In this document: positions 35,252-44,540 of the stretch, piece by piece | Numbering within the stretch: position 1 is the first letter of the stretch | How the letters are laid out: every line of letters starts with the position of its first letter | Assembly: GCA_030615265.1 (NCBI GenBank) | Contig: JAUWZP010000003.1 | Location: 1 to 49,923 of the forward strand | DNA: 49,923 nucleotides | Direction of reading: 5' to 3' | DNA from: Candidatus Bathyarchaeota archaeon | GTDB lineage: Archaea; Thermoproteota; Bathyarchaeia; Bathyarchaeales; Bathyarchaeaceae | Position numbers and translations under genes: made by a program | Notes under the pieces: generated by a model | What the model saw: the letters and a program-made list of their open reading frames with translations, nothing else | What the model was told of the DNA's origin: nothing | The model's database searches: none

Positions 35252-36208
35252 CTACGCATATACATTCTCCAATGCTTCCTCTGGCGCTGGAAAAGGACTT
35301 TCAGTACCGAATTTGACTGCCTCCTCCACAGCCAAAATGACTTCTTGCTCCAGCTTTTCAGCTTCCTGCTTGGTTAGCATCTGCATCTCCTGCAGTTTTG
35401 CTTTAAACCTTGGAATCGGGTCCTTTTTCAGCCACTCTTCCACCTCTGCTTTGGGACGATAAGTGGCAGGGTCAAACCGTGAATGCCCTTTATGCCTATA
35501 AGTTTTGCACTCAATCAGCGTCGGTCCTTCGCCATGTCTCGCGCGGTCCACAGCATCCTCCGTCGCTTCATAGACCGCGAGCACATCGTTGCCGTCCACA
35601 GTTACGCCGGGAATTCCATAGGCTACGGCTCTGTCGGCAATGTTCTCTATCTTCATGACCACCGATTGCCTAGTTCCCATAGCGTACAAGTTGTTTTCAC
35701 AAACAAAAATCACCGGAAGCGACCAGATAGCCGCCATATTAATGCTCTCATGAAAAGTCCCCTGATTTGAAGCCCCATCACCAAAGAAGCCTGCCACAAC
35801 CTGATCAGTCCCCCTCAGCCTAATGGACAACCCAGCACCAACAGCTATCGGAATTCCAGCGCCAACAACCGCTGTGGCCCCAAGCATCCCTATACTGAAG
35901 TCGGCAATATGCATGGAACCTCCTTTGCCTTTACAGTAGCCCGTTTTTCTGCCAAGAATTTCAGCCATGACCTTTCGCAAATCTGCGCCCTTGGCGATGC
36001 AGTGGCCATGCCCCCTATGAGTGCTTGTAATGTAGTCGTCCTTTCGTAGGTTGGCGCAAACACCTGCGGCGACCGCTTCTTGTCCTACGTAAAGGTGAAT
36101 TGTGCCAGGCACGAGATTTTGACCGTACAACTCGTAAACTTTCTCTTCAAAATGGCGAATTCTCAGTATTTGCCGGTACATTTCAATTAGCTTTTCTTTC
36201 GTTGGCAT
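35252..36208 (-). CDS. 2-oxoacid/acetoin dehydrogenase E1 alpha
   Basis: GQEA, THRGHGH, GKGGSMH, TPP motif GDGASNQG...ENN, TYRHKGHS; start ATG 36208. Confidence 0.95.
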   Translation of the reverse strand: MPTKEKLIEMYRQILRIRHFEEKVYELYGQNLVPGTIHLYVGQEAVAAGVCANLRKDDYITSTHRGHGHCIAKGADLRKVMAEILGRKTGYCKGKGGSMHIADFSIGMLGATAVVGAGIPIAVGAGLSIRLRGTDQVVAGFFGDGASNQGTFHESINMAAIWSLPVIFVCENNLYAMGTRQSVVMKIENIADRAVAYGIPGVTVDGNDVLAVYEATEDAVDRARHGEGPTLIECKTYRHKGHSRFDPATYRPKAEVEEWLKKDPIPRFKAKLQEMQMLTKQEAEKLEQEVILAVEEAVKFGTESPFPAPEEALENVYA

Positions 36209-36302
36209 CTGCGGATTTTCCCTCTTGAAAATGTCTTTAGGAGATTTAGTTTGCTTATATAAAATTGTTATGAGTGAAAACATTCACACGTCATTGGAAT
36301 CT

Positions 36303-36972
36303 TCAAACGTCACTAAGTGCATTGACGATTCTTTCTGCGATTAACTGCGACGCAATTCTCTGGGCTTCTTGTGTTTGGGATCCTACATGCGGTGTGCAAA
36401 CAACGTTAGGCAGTCTTATAAGTGTCGTCTTCTGGCGGCTCCTCCAAGCTTTCCAGATTTCAATGCTTTGAGGAGAGCTTTTTCGTCAACTATAGCGCCC
36501 CTCGACGTGTTGACTAGGAAAGCACCATCCTTCATGAGTTGAACCTCTTCATCGCTAATCATATGATGAGTTTGCCGAGTATGGGGAACATGAATAGTGA
36601 CAATGTCGCTTCTCGGAGCAGTTCTTGCAGGAGAATAAACTCGGCTTCTAACTCCTTTAGCAAGGCAGGGGCTGGAGGAGCATGTTTGGTGATCAGAATC
36701 TTCATGCCAAAGGTCTTGGCAATTATCGCCACTTTTTCCCCAATGTTGCCTAAGCCTACTCCAACTCGTCCAATCACCTTCAACCTTTTCCCTGTTTCAA
36801 TTATTTCTTTTTTTAACTTTTGTTCTGCTTCGCACAATTAGCACGTCAAGTTTGAAACAACGTTTCTGAGTTATTCACCAGATATGCTCGGCTTGACATG
36901 AACTTCGAAACCAGCCTGCTCCAGTTTTTCTATCCCAACTCTATGAATAGGGTCACAAACAAGAACCTTCAT
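36303..36972 (-). pseudogene. serA: D-3-phosphoglycerate dehydrogenase-like pseudogene
   Basis: MKVLVCDPIH..., [39 protein letters not shown]; in-frame stop at 36871-73, frameshifts and internal deletions. Confidence 0.85.
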
Positions 36973-37153
36973 TTTAGGGTTCAACAATTCCTCCTCCACA
37001 CAACAATAGTGTTCCCTCCAAATAGTTTGTTGTCTTTTCCATAAACAAGCCAATGACTGCTTTGGCACCAACAGGATGCCCCCACGAATTGTATACTGTG
37101 TCTCTGCGAGCAGAAGGTTCATTTAATTAATGCGTTAACATTTGTAGTGGACG

Positions 37154-38368
37154 TTGAGAGTCTTGATGGTTGGCGTTGTTGGTAAGCCGAACACAGGTAA
37201 ATCCACTTTTTTCTCGGCTGCGACGCTGGTGCCAGTGGAAATAGGCAGCTATCCGTTTACGACAATTAAGCCTAATCGTGGAATCGCGTATGTTAGGTCT
37301 CCATGCATTTGTAAAGAGTTTGATGTGCAAGATAGTCCGGTGAATTCCCTCTGTCTCGACGGCATCCGTTTAGTTCCAGTTGAGCTAATTGACTGCGCTG
37401 GACTTGTACCCGGCGCTTGGCAAGGAAGAGGCTTAGGCAACCAATTTCTAGACGAAATACGCAAGGCAGACGCTCTCATTCACATCGTAGACGCTTCAGG
37501 CGCAACAGATTCTGAAGGAAAACTTTGCAAGCTTGGCGCTCACGATCCGCTTGAAGACGTTCGCTTCTTGGAAACCGAGATAACAATGTGGCTTGCCCAA
37601 ATACTGAAAAAGGACTGGCCAAAACTGGCTCGAACAGCTGAGTCTGGCAAAGAAGACTTGCTCTCTCTACTTGAAGAACGCCTAAGTGGACTAGCCTTCA
37701 GAAGAGCCCACATCTTTGAGGCTTTAAGAAAAACAGAGTTAAACGCAGAGAAGCCAACCTCTTGGAGCAAAGAAGACCTCATCAGATTTCTCGACACGCT
37801 GAGAAGCATTGCGAAACCCATGCTCATCGCCGCAAACAAGATTGACGTTGACCCGGCAGAACAAAACTTGGAACGATTAAAAAACCTAGATTACCTCGTT
37901 ATTCCTTGCTGCGCAGAAGCTGAGTTGGCGCTAAGGAGAGCTGCCGAGAAGAAACTGATTGATTATCGACCCGGAGACTGTAACTTCAACATGTCAAAGC
38001 CTGACGAGCTGACTGAAACTCAAAGCAAAGCGTTACGGGTTGTAAAAGAAAAAATTTTGCGGAAGTTTGGATCTACAGGCGTACAAGACGCCATAAACGT
38101 GGCTTTCCTTCGGCTCCTAAACATGATAGTTGTTTATCCAGTTGAAGACATTGAGCGCCTCTCTGATCATCAAGGTCGAGTGCTTCCAGACGCCTATTTA
38201 GTCCCTTACGGCACAACCGCACGCCAGCTCGCCTACATCATTCACACCGAACTCGGAGAAAGCTTCATCTATGCAGTAGAAGCCCGTGAGAAAAAGAGAA
38301 TCGGAGAAAACTACATGCTTAAAGACAGAGACGTCATCTCTATCGTTAGCGCCAAGAAAAGAGGTTAG
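37154..38368 (+). CDS. ychF: Obg-family ATPase/GTPase YchF
   Basis: GKPNTGKST, YPFTTI, DCAGLVPGA, ANKID, C-terminal TGS domain. Confidence 0.95.
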   Translation: MRVLMVGVVGKPNTGKSTFFSAATLVPVEIGSYPFTTIKPNRGIAYVRSPCICKEFDVQDSPVNSLCLDGIRLVPVELIDCAGLVPGAWQGRGLGNQFLDEIRKADALIHIVDASGATDSEGKLCKLGAHDPLEDVRFLETEITMWLAQILKKDWPKLARTAESGKEDLLSLLEERLSGLAFRRAHIFEALRKTELNAEKPTSWSKEDLIRFLDTLRSIAKPMLIAANKIDVDPAEQNLERLKNLDYLVIPCCAEAELALRRAAEKKLIDYRPGDCNFNMSKPDELTETQSKALRVVKEKILRKFGSTGVQDAINVAFLRLLNMIVVYPVEDIERLSDHQGRVLPDAYLVPYGTTARQLAYIIHTELGESFIYAVEAREKKRIGENYMLKDRDVISIVSAKKRG

Positions 38369-38374
38369 CTAACC

Positions 38375-39160
38375 TTAAGCTCCGAATCTTCTTTTCCGCT
38401 TCTGATAAGTTCGAACAGCCCTAAGCAAGTCGATGCGTCTAAAGTCTGGCCAATACACATCTAAGAAGCAGAGTTCACTGTAGGCGCTTTGCCATGTGAG
38501 AAAGCCGCTGAGGCGTTCTTCTCCCGATGTTCTTATGATGAGGTCTGGGTCTTGTTTAGGCAAATGCGCCGTGTATAGATGATCTTCAAAAACCTTCTCG
38601 TTTATTACGTCTGGACTCAACTCGCCATTCTGTATTTTTTGAGCAATTTTCTTGGCGGCGTCCACTATTTCGGCTCTTCCGCCATAAGCTAACGCTACGT
38701 TTAGAAAATGCTCATTGTAATCTTTTGTGGCATCTTCAGCTTCCCGTATCAACTGTTGAAGACTCGAAGGCAAAAGATTGCGTCTGCCGATGACTTTGAC
38801 TCTAACCTTGTTCTTGTGGATGCGCTCATCAGTTAGAACCTCCCGCAGTTTTTCCCCTGCTATCTTCATAATTTCCTCAACCTCATGCTTTGGACGCTGA
38901 AAGTTTTCTGTAGAAAACGCGTAAAGCGTTATTGACTTCACCTCTAATTCCAAACACCAATCAAGCAGGTTCCTAATCTTTTCAGCTCCAAAATAGTGAC
39001 CAACCCAAGGGTTTATTGCCTTCTCAGAAGCCCAACGGCGATTTCCATCAAGTATAATGGCGATATGCTCAGGCACCACGCCTCCTGTTTTCACTTGATA
39101 CCGAAGCCACTTTTCATACATTTTGTAAACGCCAGTGACTGATAGCAGAATCTTTAACAT
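38375..39160 (-). CDS. uppS: cis-prenyltransferase (undecaprenyl diphosphate synthase family)
   Basis: HIAIILDGNRRW, YAFSTEN, IRTSGEERLSGF. Confidence 0.96.
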   Translation of the reverse strand: MLKILLSVTGVYKMYEKWLRYQVKTGGVVPEHIAIILDGNRRWASEKAINPWVGHYFGAEKIRNLLDWCLELEVKSITLYAFSTENFQRPKHEVEEIMKIAGEKLREVLTDERIHKNKVRVKVIGRRNLLPSSLQQLIREAEDATKDYNEHFLNVALAYGGRAEIVDAAKKIAQKIQNGELSPDVINEKVFEDHLYTAHLPKQDPDLIIRTSGEERLSGFLTWQSAYSELCFLDVYWPDFRRIDLLRAVRTYQKRKRRFGA

Positions 39161-39293
39161 CTTTAGCCCCGTAATCTTGCGTCCTTGAGTGCATAGGCAC
39201 ACGGACAGCGACGTTTTGCTGGTAAATGCTTAATAGTCTCTCTTAAAACTTGCTGAATGATAGGCGTTTTTTTCTTGAGCTATTGCTGCTGCT

Positions 39294-40493
39294 TCAGCTT
39301 TCCTCAGCTTTCTCTTCTTTCTCCCCTGTCTCCTCTTCCTCCTCAAAGAGGTCAGCATATTTCCTGTGAAGCAAAGAAGTAACTAAAACAGCCAAAACAG
39401 ACCAAATTATGCTAACAACAATTGTGAAGACCAATATGCCATACCCGAGCACTGGAACGATTAAGATTCGAGAAGCTTCGTAGAAGACCCTCGACGACCA
39501 AGCAACCACAACCACAACAACTATTGTGCGCCACAACCGATTGTCCCGCTCAAAAAACCAGCGGATAGCTCTACCCGAAAGCAAAATACAAATGCCGATC
39601 ACTATAAGTGTTATTGAATTAGAGAGAAACCATCCTGCCAGCCTTGGAAGCAAGCCTACCCATTCACTTATGATTAATGGTGGGCTGGGTAAACGCGATA
39701 CTTCTGCGGATGTTTGGCTTAATCCTTGATAGAAGCCAATTCCGACTAGAAGAGCTCCAGCAACCGCGGAGAAACTCGATATTTGAACTGGAAATGGGGG
39801 CGGTGTATACTCTTTAACCCATATATAGAAGCTTCGGACGGCTTTGTCAATTCCGAAACCCTTTATGGCAAGAAAAGTGCCTAAAACGATAAGGAAAGCT
39901 ATCCACGTATAAACCAACAGGTTAAAAACACTCAGAATCCCGATGACGATGAGGAGTAGTCCAGGCAAACCTAGCGCAATTCTTGCGTAACGCGGATTTT
40001 CAATGAGCATTTTTAAATATCGGGAAAAAAGCCAAACAGTTTCCTCAATGGATTGGCTGTGCCTAACCGTGATTCTCCGAACAGAGGTCACGGGAACCCG
40101 CGACTGAATAAGCGGCAGAATAGTCTCATCTGCAAATCCGTCTACGACCAAAACAATGTCGGTGGCTGGAAAAGTCTTGAGCACTTCGTTAAATTCGGAT
40201 ACCAGCTTTCTGTCTGCTCCCACTCCTCCAAGTTCAGAACCAGCTAAAGTTGCAATTTGGCATTGCCCCCCTTCCTTTTCAACGGTTTCAGTTAGTCGAT
40301 CAAAAATTCTCACAGCTTCAAAAATGGCATTGGCATCTGGCTCCTCTGGGTCGCGCAATGCGAGCTGTACGGCGGCATTTATGTTTTCTCCTCTGCCCAA
40401 AATTGGCGTTTCTATTCCAGCCTTGACACCTAGATCATCGTCTCTGTCGACACAGAGAACTAAAGTGCGCTCAGCCTTTGCTGTGGCTTCCAT
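39294..40493 (-). CDS. DUF373 family membrane protein
   Basis: LVLCVDRDDDLG, DPEEPDANA, VDGFADE; usual neighbour of uppS. Confidence 0.9.
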   Translation of the reverse strand: MEATAKAERTLVLCVDRDDDLGVKAGIETPILGRGENINAAVQLALRDPEEPDANAIFEAVRIFDRLTETVEKEGGQCQIATLAGSELGGVGADRKLVSEFNEVLKTFPATDIVLVVDGFADETILPLIQSRVPVTSVRRITVRHSQSIEETVWLFSRYLKMLIENPRYARIALGLPGLLLIVIGILSVFNLLVYTWIAFLIVLGTFLAIKGFGIDKAVRSFYIWVKEYTPPPFPVQISSFSAVAGALLVGIGFYQGLSQTSAEVSRLPSPPLIISEWVGLLPRLAGWFLSNSITLIVIGICILLSGRAIRWFFERDNRLWRTIVVVVVVAWSSRVFYEASRILIVPVLGYGILVFTIVVSIIWSVLAVLVTSLLHRKYADLFEEEEETGEKEEKAEES

Positions 40494-40971
40494 AATCTTC
40501 TCCTTATGTTGTTGATTTTCACGTCTTACCCAAGGAAATACTTAAAGTTGAATGTTAAGCTATCCCCCATTTACCGAAATAAGCCATCTCTTAGGCTTAT
40601 CCAAATTGAACTATCTGTAACACCTTGTTATAAATATTTTATGAATTGACATAACTGATATTTCTCTGTTAATTTCCTCAAAAGATAGAATAGCCAGAGA
40701 AAACTAGGAAGTTTCCTCTTTTTCCATTATCGAACTGGATAGTTGATGTGCGTTGACATTCTATGAAATAGAAGAAGTTTTCACAAATGATAAGATCAAC
40801 TGGATAGTTTGAAGAAAGATAGGAGAAAAGAGTAAAGTGATTAGTGCTTGCCTTCTCATGCTCGATATTCCTAACTAATTAAACAGTGATCCTTTGGCTA
40901 ATATTGAAGTGTTAGCCTAACCACTCTCTTTTCCTTTCAATTATATGGTATAGTGGAATTATGGTTCAACT

Positions 40972-41136
40972 CTAAATCTTTCGTTTAGCTAAGACCTTTC
41001 TGAAGCTTTTTCCACAATGGTCGAAGAGACCTATCGTAAGCTCAGTTCTCTTGCCACTTTTGTCGGGACGCCCAGCCATCTTCCAAGATTTTCTGGGGGT
41101 AGAGACTTCCATTCCACACTTGGGACATTTAGCCAT
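40972..41136 (-). CDS. Cren7-like chromatin protein (54 aa; not in ORF track)
   Basis: MAKCPKCGMEVSTPRKSWKMAGRPDKSGKRTELTIGLFDHCGKSFRKVLAKRKI*; K-x-W...IGLF...GK-x-FR pattern; GGAG upstream. Confidence 0.8.
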   Translation of the reverse strand: MAKCPKCGMEVSTPRKSWKMAGRPDKSGKRTELTIGLFDHCGKSFRKVLAKRKI

Positions 41137-41314
41137 AACTTTCTTCTCCATTACAACGCATCATTCTCTTATGATGATAGATAAAAGATTATCGCCTATT
41201 TCCGAACCTCAGTTAAACCAATTACCACAAAAAGAGGGATTTACTACAGGTGATTCAGGCGTAGTTGAATTTCATATTTTGTGTGTAGATCTACGCTACA
41301 TACTGGCAATATAG

Positions 41315-41332
41315 ATTTAAGGAGAAAAGTTC
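41315..41332 (-). repeat. R2 repeat core
   Basis: Reverse complement GAACTTTTCTCCTTAAAT is identical to 22586-22603. Confidence 0.75.
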
Positions 41333-41374
41333 TGTAGAACGGAAGACCGAGTGGTGAGCCCCAATGCCGAGAAG

Positions 41375-41575
41375 TTAATCATTGTTTGGATGTTCATGTG
41401 CGTCCAACGTTTCTAAATAAGAAATCAGAAAAGTACACAACACAAAGAAACCTACCCCACTTAAAACGTAAAGAATCTTAGTAGGCAAATCCAACTGTGG
41501 ACTCTGCACTCTATTGATTATGACGTAAGCAAAGATGACCACACACACGTAGATGAAAGAATGTTTAACCTTCAT
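41375..41575 (-). CDS. Small two-TM membrane protein
   Basis: GGTGA upstream; two hydrophobic helices; flanked by R2 copies. Confidence 0.65.
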   Translation of the reverse strand: MKVKHSFIYVCVVIFAYVIINRVQSPQLDLPTKILYVLSGVGFFVLCTFLISYLETLDAHEHPNND

Positions 41576-41667
41576 TTTCCTTCACCTAGCTATTCAGCAT
41601 GCCACATATTAAACCGACTACACAAGCAGACTAGAAGAAGAGAGAACAATACCTTGTAGTGTTTTCC

Positions 41668-41709
41668 CATTTCAAGTTGCATTAATAATTTAAGGAGAAA
41701 TGTTCTAGA
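41668..41709 (-). repeat. R2 repeat copy
   Basis: Reverse complement contains TTTCTCCTTAAATTATTAATGCAACTTGAAATG, 32/33 identical to 22591-22623. Confidence 0.85.
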
Positions 41710-41904
41710 TATGTTTGAGAGCTTATGTCAAAAGGAAGAAAGAAAGAGAAAAAGAAGGCTAAAAAGAGGATGCCACCAAGCTCATACAATACTATGCCAC
41801 ATTATTTCCCAACAGAACAAATTGACATAGTTAGCAAGTTGAAATCCAAAAGACGGAGAAAGAAGAAGTAGCTCTCGTATCTCCTTTTGTTCTATATTTC
41901 TCAG

Positions 41905-42048
41905 CTAAAATCTGACTTTTTCTTTCTTGGGAGTTTTCTCTCTAGGTTTTCCTGACCACTCATATTTGCAGACTTTACATTTTTTCACATCTTCAGTTAT
42001 CGTAATCTTCTTACTCCCACAGTGAGGACATCGTTCTTTTCTTCCCAT
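41905..42048 (-). CDS. Small basic Zn-ribbon protein (47 aa; not in ORF track)
   Basis: MGRKERCPHCGSKKITITEDVKKCKVCKYEWSGKPREKTPKKEKVRF*. Confidence 0.7.
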   Translation of the reverse strand: MGRKERCPHCGSKKITITEDVKKCKVCKYEWSGKPREKTPKKEKVRF

Positions 42049-42167
42049 TCTCTTACATCTCTTGTATATCTCACATTTACTTTTACCTGTCAGTCTGAAC
42101 TATTTGGAAGTTTGTTTTACCGAGAGCCTTAAATCTCTTCTGATTGGATTTCAATCAATTTTATGAT

Positions 42168-43070
42168 TTACTCTTCTTTACACTTCTGCTTTGCGGAGCT
42201 CCTTTTGTTGTTGCTATCTTGTTCGGTTAGAAGTTTAAACTCTTCCCACGTTAATTTTTCTCCACGTTTCATTTTTTCGGAGGCTTTTTTGCGGGCTTCT
42301 TTGAGGAGCTGTTTTTGGCGCTTCGCTTGTTTTGCCTCTTCCATCTTTTGCTGTTTCTGCCTTAGCTCGTTAATTTTCTGCAACAGTTCTGTATATTTTT
42401 GGTGAAGTTCATTGGCTTTCTGGTGGGGTTCCACGTATTTTTGATGAGTATTGTCAGCTTCAACTTTGAGACTTTGAATTTGGCTTAAAACCTCTAGTCT
42501 TTGTTCATGGAGCTTCTGACTTTGCTCGGCAAGTTCCGCAAGTTCTTCATGGTGCGATTTAGCCTTGGTTGCAAGCGCTTTTTCATCAGTCTGCAGTTCA
42601 ATCAGCGTATTCTTCAAATCCTGCAGTTGTTTGAGAACATTTCGTTGAATTTCCAGGCGCCTTATCATGCTTATTATCTCTTCTTCCTGCTTAACTGAGA
42701 GTAAAGTAGTCTGAATTTTCCATTCGAGGCTGTCAATCTCTTCTTGTACGACACGTAGATTCTGAGAAGGCTTCTTCCCGAGAAGAGTCCTCATGTTTTC
42801 TCTTAGCTCTAAAATCTGAACATGTTTTTCTTTGCGTTTAGCTTTTGCTTGTTCCCGCAAGTTTTTCAGTTCTTTAACTTTCCGGTTTAATGCGTCTCGT
42901 TTTTCTCTGATACTGGCGGCTTCTTTTCTGAGCTTTCTGATCTGTTCATGAACAGAATTTCTCTCTTTAGCCCAACTTGCTGCCTCACTGTTTAACTTGT
43001 CACGTTGTTCTTTTACGAATGCTAGTTCAAGGCTTAGTTCCTCAATCTTCTTCTCGGCGGATTCAGGCAA
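42168..43070 (-). CDS. Conserved archaeal coiled-coil protein (COG1340-like)
   Basis: Heptad repeats; LEWKIQT and GEKLTWEEF motifs. Confidence 0.85.
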   Translation of the reverse strand: MPESAEKKIEELSLELAFVKEQRDKLNSEAASWAKERNSVHEQIRKLRKEAASIREKRDALNRKVKELKNLREQAKAKRKEKHVQILELRENMRTLLGKKPSQNLRVVQEEIDSLEWKIQTTLLSVKQEEEIISMIRRLEIQRNVLKQLQDLKNTLIELQTDEKALATKAKSHHEELAELAEQSQKLHEQRLEVLSQIQSLKVEADNTHQKYVEPHQKANELHQKYTELLQKINELRQKQQKMEEAKQAKRQKQLLKEARKKASEKMKRGEKLTWEEFKLLTEQDSNNKRSSAKQKCKEE

Positions 43071-43250
43071 TATCTGTTCCCTTATTTTCAGGTTTAACCC
43101 TATAACACAATTTGTGGAATTTGGACTCGTCCTTCATCTGTTGAAAAGACTGGGAGCTTCCAATTTTCCTTGATGCACCAGCGAGTGACTGTTTGAGTTT
43201 TTACGCGTTCTTGGAGGGTTCTTTGCGGTTCTTGGCCTAGATTGTGGTTA

Positions 43251-43946
43251 TCATTCCAGTATGATTCTTGCGTCAACCGTTTTGGCTCCCTTCTCGTAGA
43301 CCATTATCGGGTTGAGGTCAAGTTCCTTGATTTTTGGATGCTCCATCATCAACCTCGACGTGTTCAGCAAGATCTTTACTATGGCTTCTACGTCTGAGGG
43401 CGGTTGACCCCTGTAGCCTTTCAGAATTGGGTAAGCCTTCACCTCGGTTATCATCTCTCTGGCGTCAGACTCTGAAATAGGAGCAATTCTAAAAGTAACG
43501 TCTTTCAGCACTTCAACGAAGATTCCGCCCAGCCCGAACATTAAGGCTGGTCCAAACTGAGGGTCTTTTGTTGCACCCACGATGACTTCGGTTGACTGGG
43601 GAGCCATCTCCTGCACAAGTATGCCTCTGATTCTTGCATTTACCTTGTGCTTCTTCACGTTTTCCAAGATTCTATTATAAGCGGTTCTTACCTCTGTTTC
43701 GCTATTAATGTTAAGAATGACCCCTCCGACGTCAAATTTATGGATAACGTCTGGAGAAACAATTTTGAGAACCACGGGAAACCCAATCTCCGCAGCAAAC
43801 TGGACGGTTTCCATCTCGTTACTGGCTACTCTAAAGTTCGTAACTGGAATTCCATATTTCACACAAATTGCCTTAGCTTCTGGCTCCAACAGGTATTTTC
43901 TGCCTTCTTTCAGGGCTTCGCTAAATATCGCCTCACCTTTTTCCAT
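43251..43946 (-). CDS. acdB: ADP-forming acetate-CoA ligase beta subunit (ATP-grasp)
   Basis: VLKIVSPDVIHKFDVGGV, DPQFGP, ELDLNP, VDARI. Confidence 0.92.
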   Translation of the reverse strand: MEKGEAIFSEALKEGRKYLLEPEAKAICVKYGIPVTNFRVASNEMETVQFAAEIGFPVVLKIVSPDVIHKFDVGGVILNINSETEVRTAYNRILENVKKHKVNARIRGILVQEMAPQSTEVIVGATKDPQFGPALMFGLGGIFVEVLKDVTFRIAPISESDAREMITEVKAYPILKGYRGQPPSDVEAIVKILLNTSRLMMEHPKIKELDLNPIMVYEKGAKTVDARIILE

Positions 43947-44118
43947 CAGCTCAGCAACCTTCAGCAAAAGAATAGAAGTTTTGTCTTCTAACTCTTTTGC
44001 TTTCAGACTTCAAATCCTGTGCTTAACAGAGCAAGAAAACGTGAGTTCCTAGGTCAGGTTTCCTCTTTTCTTGGAAACAAACGAGTATTGTGAACTCCTA
44101 ATAAAGATTTAGAATGAA

Positions 44119-44336
44119 TGGTCGGGCGAGCAGGACTTTCATGAAGTGAAACCTTCATTTTGAATTCGCCGAGCTGAGGTTAAGTCCTCGCAGCTCTCCT
44201 GCGACGCTCCGGTTTCTGTTGTGCGCTTGGCGGCTGATGCGGCATCCACCAAGACGGCAGACGTCTACAGCGTCTCCACCAGTCTAAGTTTTGGTCAGAC
44301 TGGTTCGGAAGCACTACCAAGCTGAGCTACCGCCCG
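44119..44336 (-). tRNA. tRNA-Tyr(GUA) with four introns and encoded CCA
   Basis: Removing 44272-44305, 44214-44264, 44165-44197 and about 44137-44159 gives the 77-nt cloverleaf CGGGCGG TA GCTC AGCTTGGTA GTGC T TCCGG CTGTAGA CCGGA GCGTC GCAGG TTCAAGT CCTGC TCGCCCG A CCA. C1:G72 and A73 fit archaeal Tyr identity. Confidence 0.88.
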
Positions 44337-44493
44337 ACCTGAGATTTTACAAAGAAAACTTAATGATTTATGCGTTTCGATAGTTTTCCGTCAAGAGAGC
44401 AATGAATTTAATTTCGAAGTTTTCTTAGACATAGCCCAATAAGGCTCCAAATAGAATCCTAACAGAATTAAGCTTTGAGATAGGTTGGCTTTT

Positions 44494-44510
44494 CAAAAGA
44501 TTTAATATAA
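44494..44510 (+). promoter_or_regulatory. BRE-TATA promoter of tRNA-Ala
   Basis: CAAAAGA-TTTAATATAA about 30-40 bp upstream of the tRNA. Confidence 0.6.
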
Positions 44511-44540
44511 GGAGATTTGTGTTTCAAACGTTGAAGAAGC

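Noticed and set aside
40840-40850. TTAGTGCTTG shared with 22333-22342, suggesting a paralogous small ORF
   Set aside because: No open frame at 40840-40920; a 10-nt match is plausible by chance.
43115-43145. Hammerhead-like CAGATGA-GGAC/GTCC-AAA on the minus strand
   Set aside because: Core deviates from CUGANGA/GAAA, and stems I and III are not evident.
44119-44336. tRNA-Pro call based on the CGG start and position after rps9
   Set aside because: The spliced anticodon loop reads CT-GTA-GA, and C1:G72 with A73 indicates Tyr.
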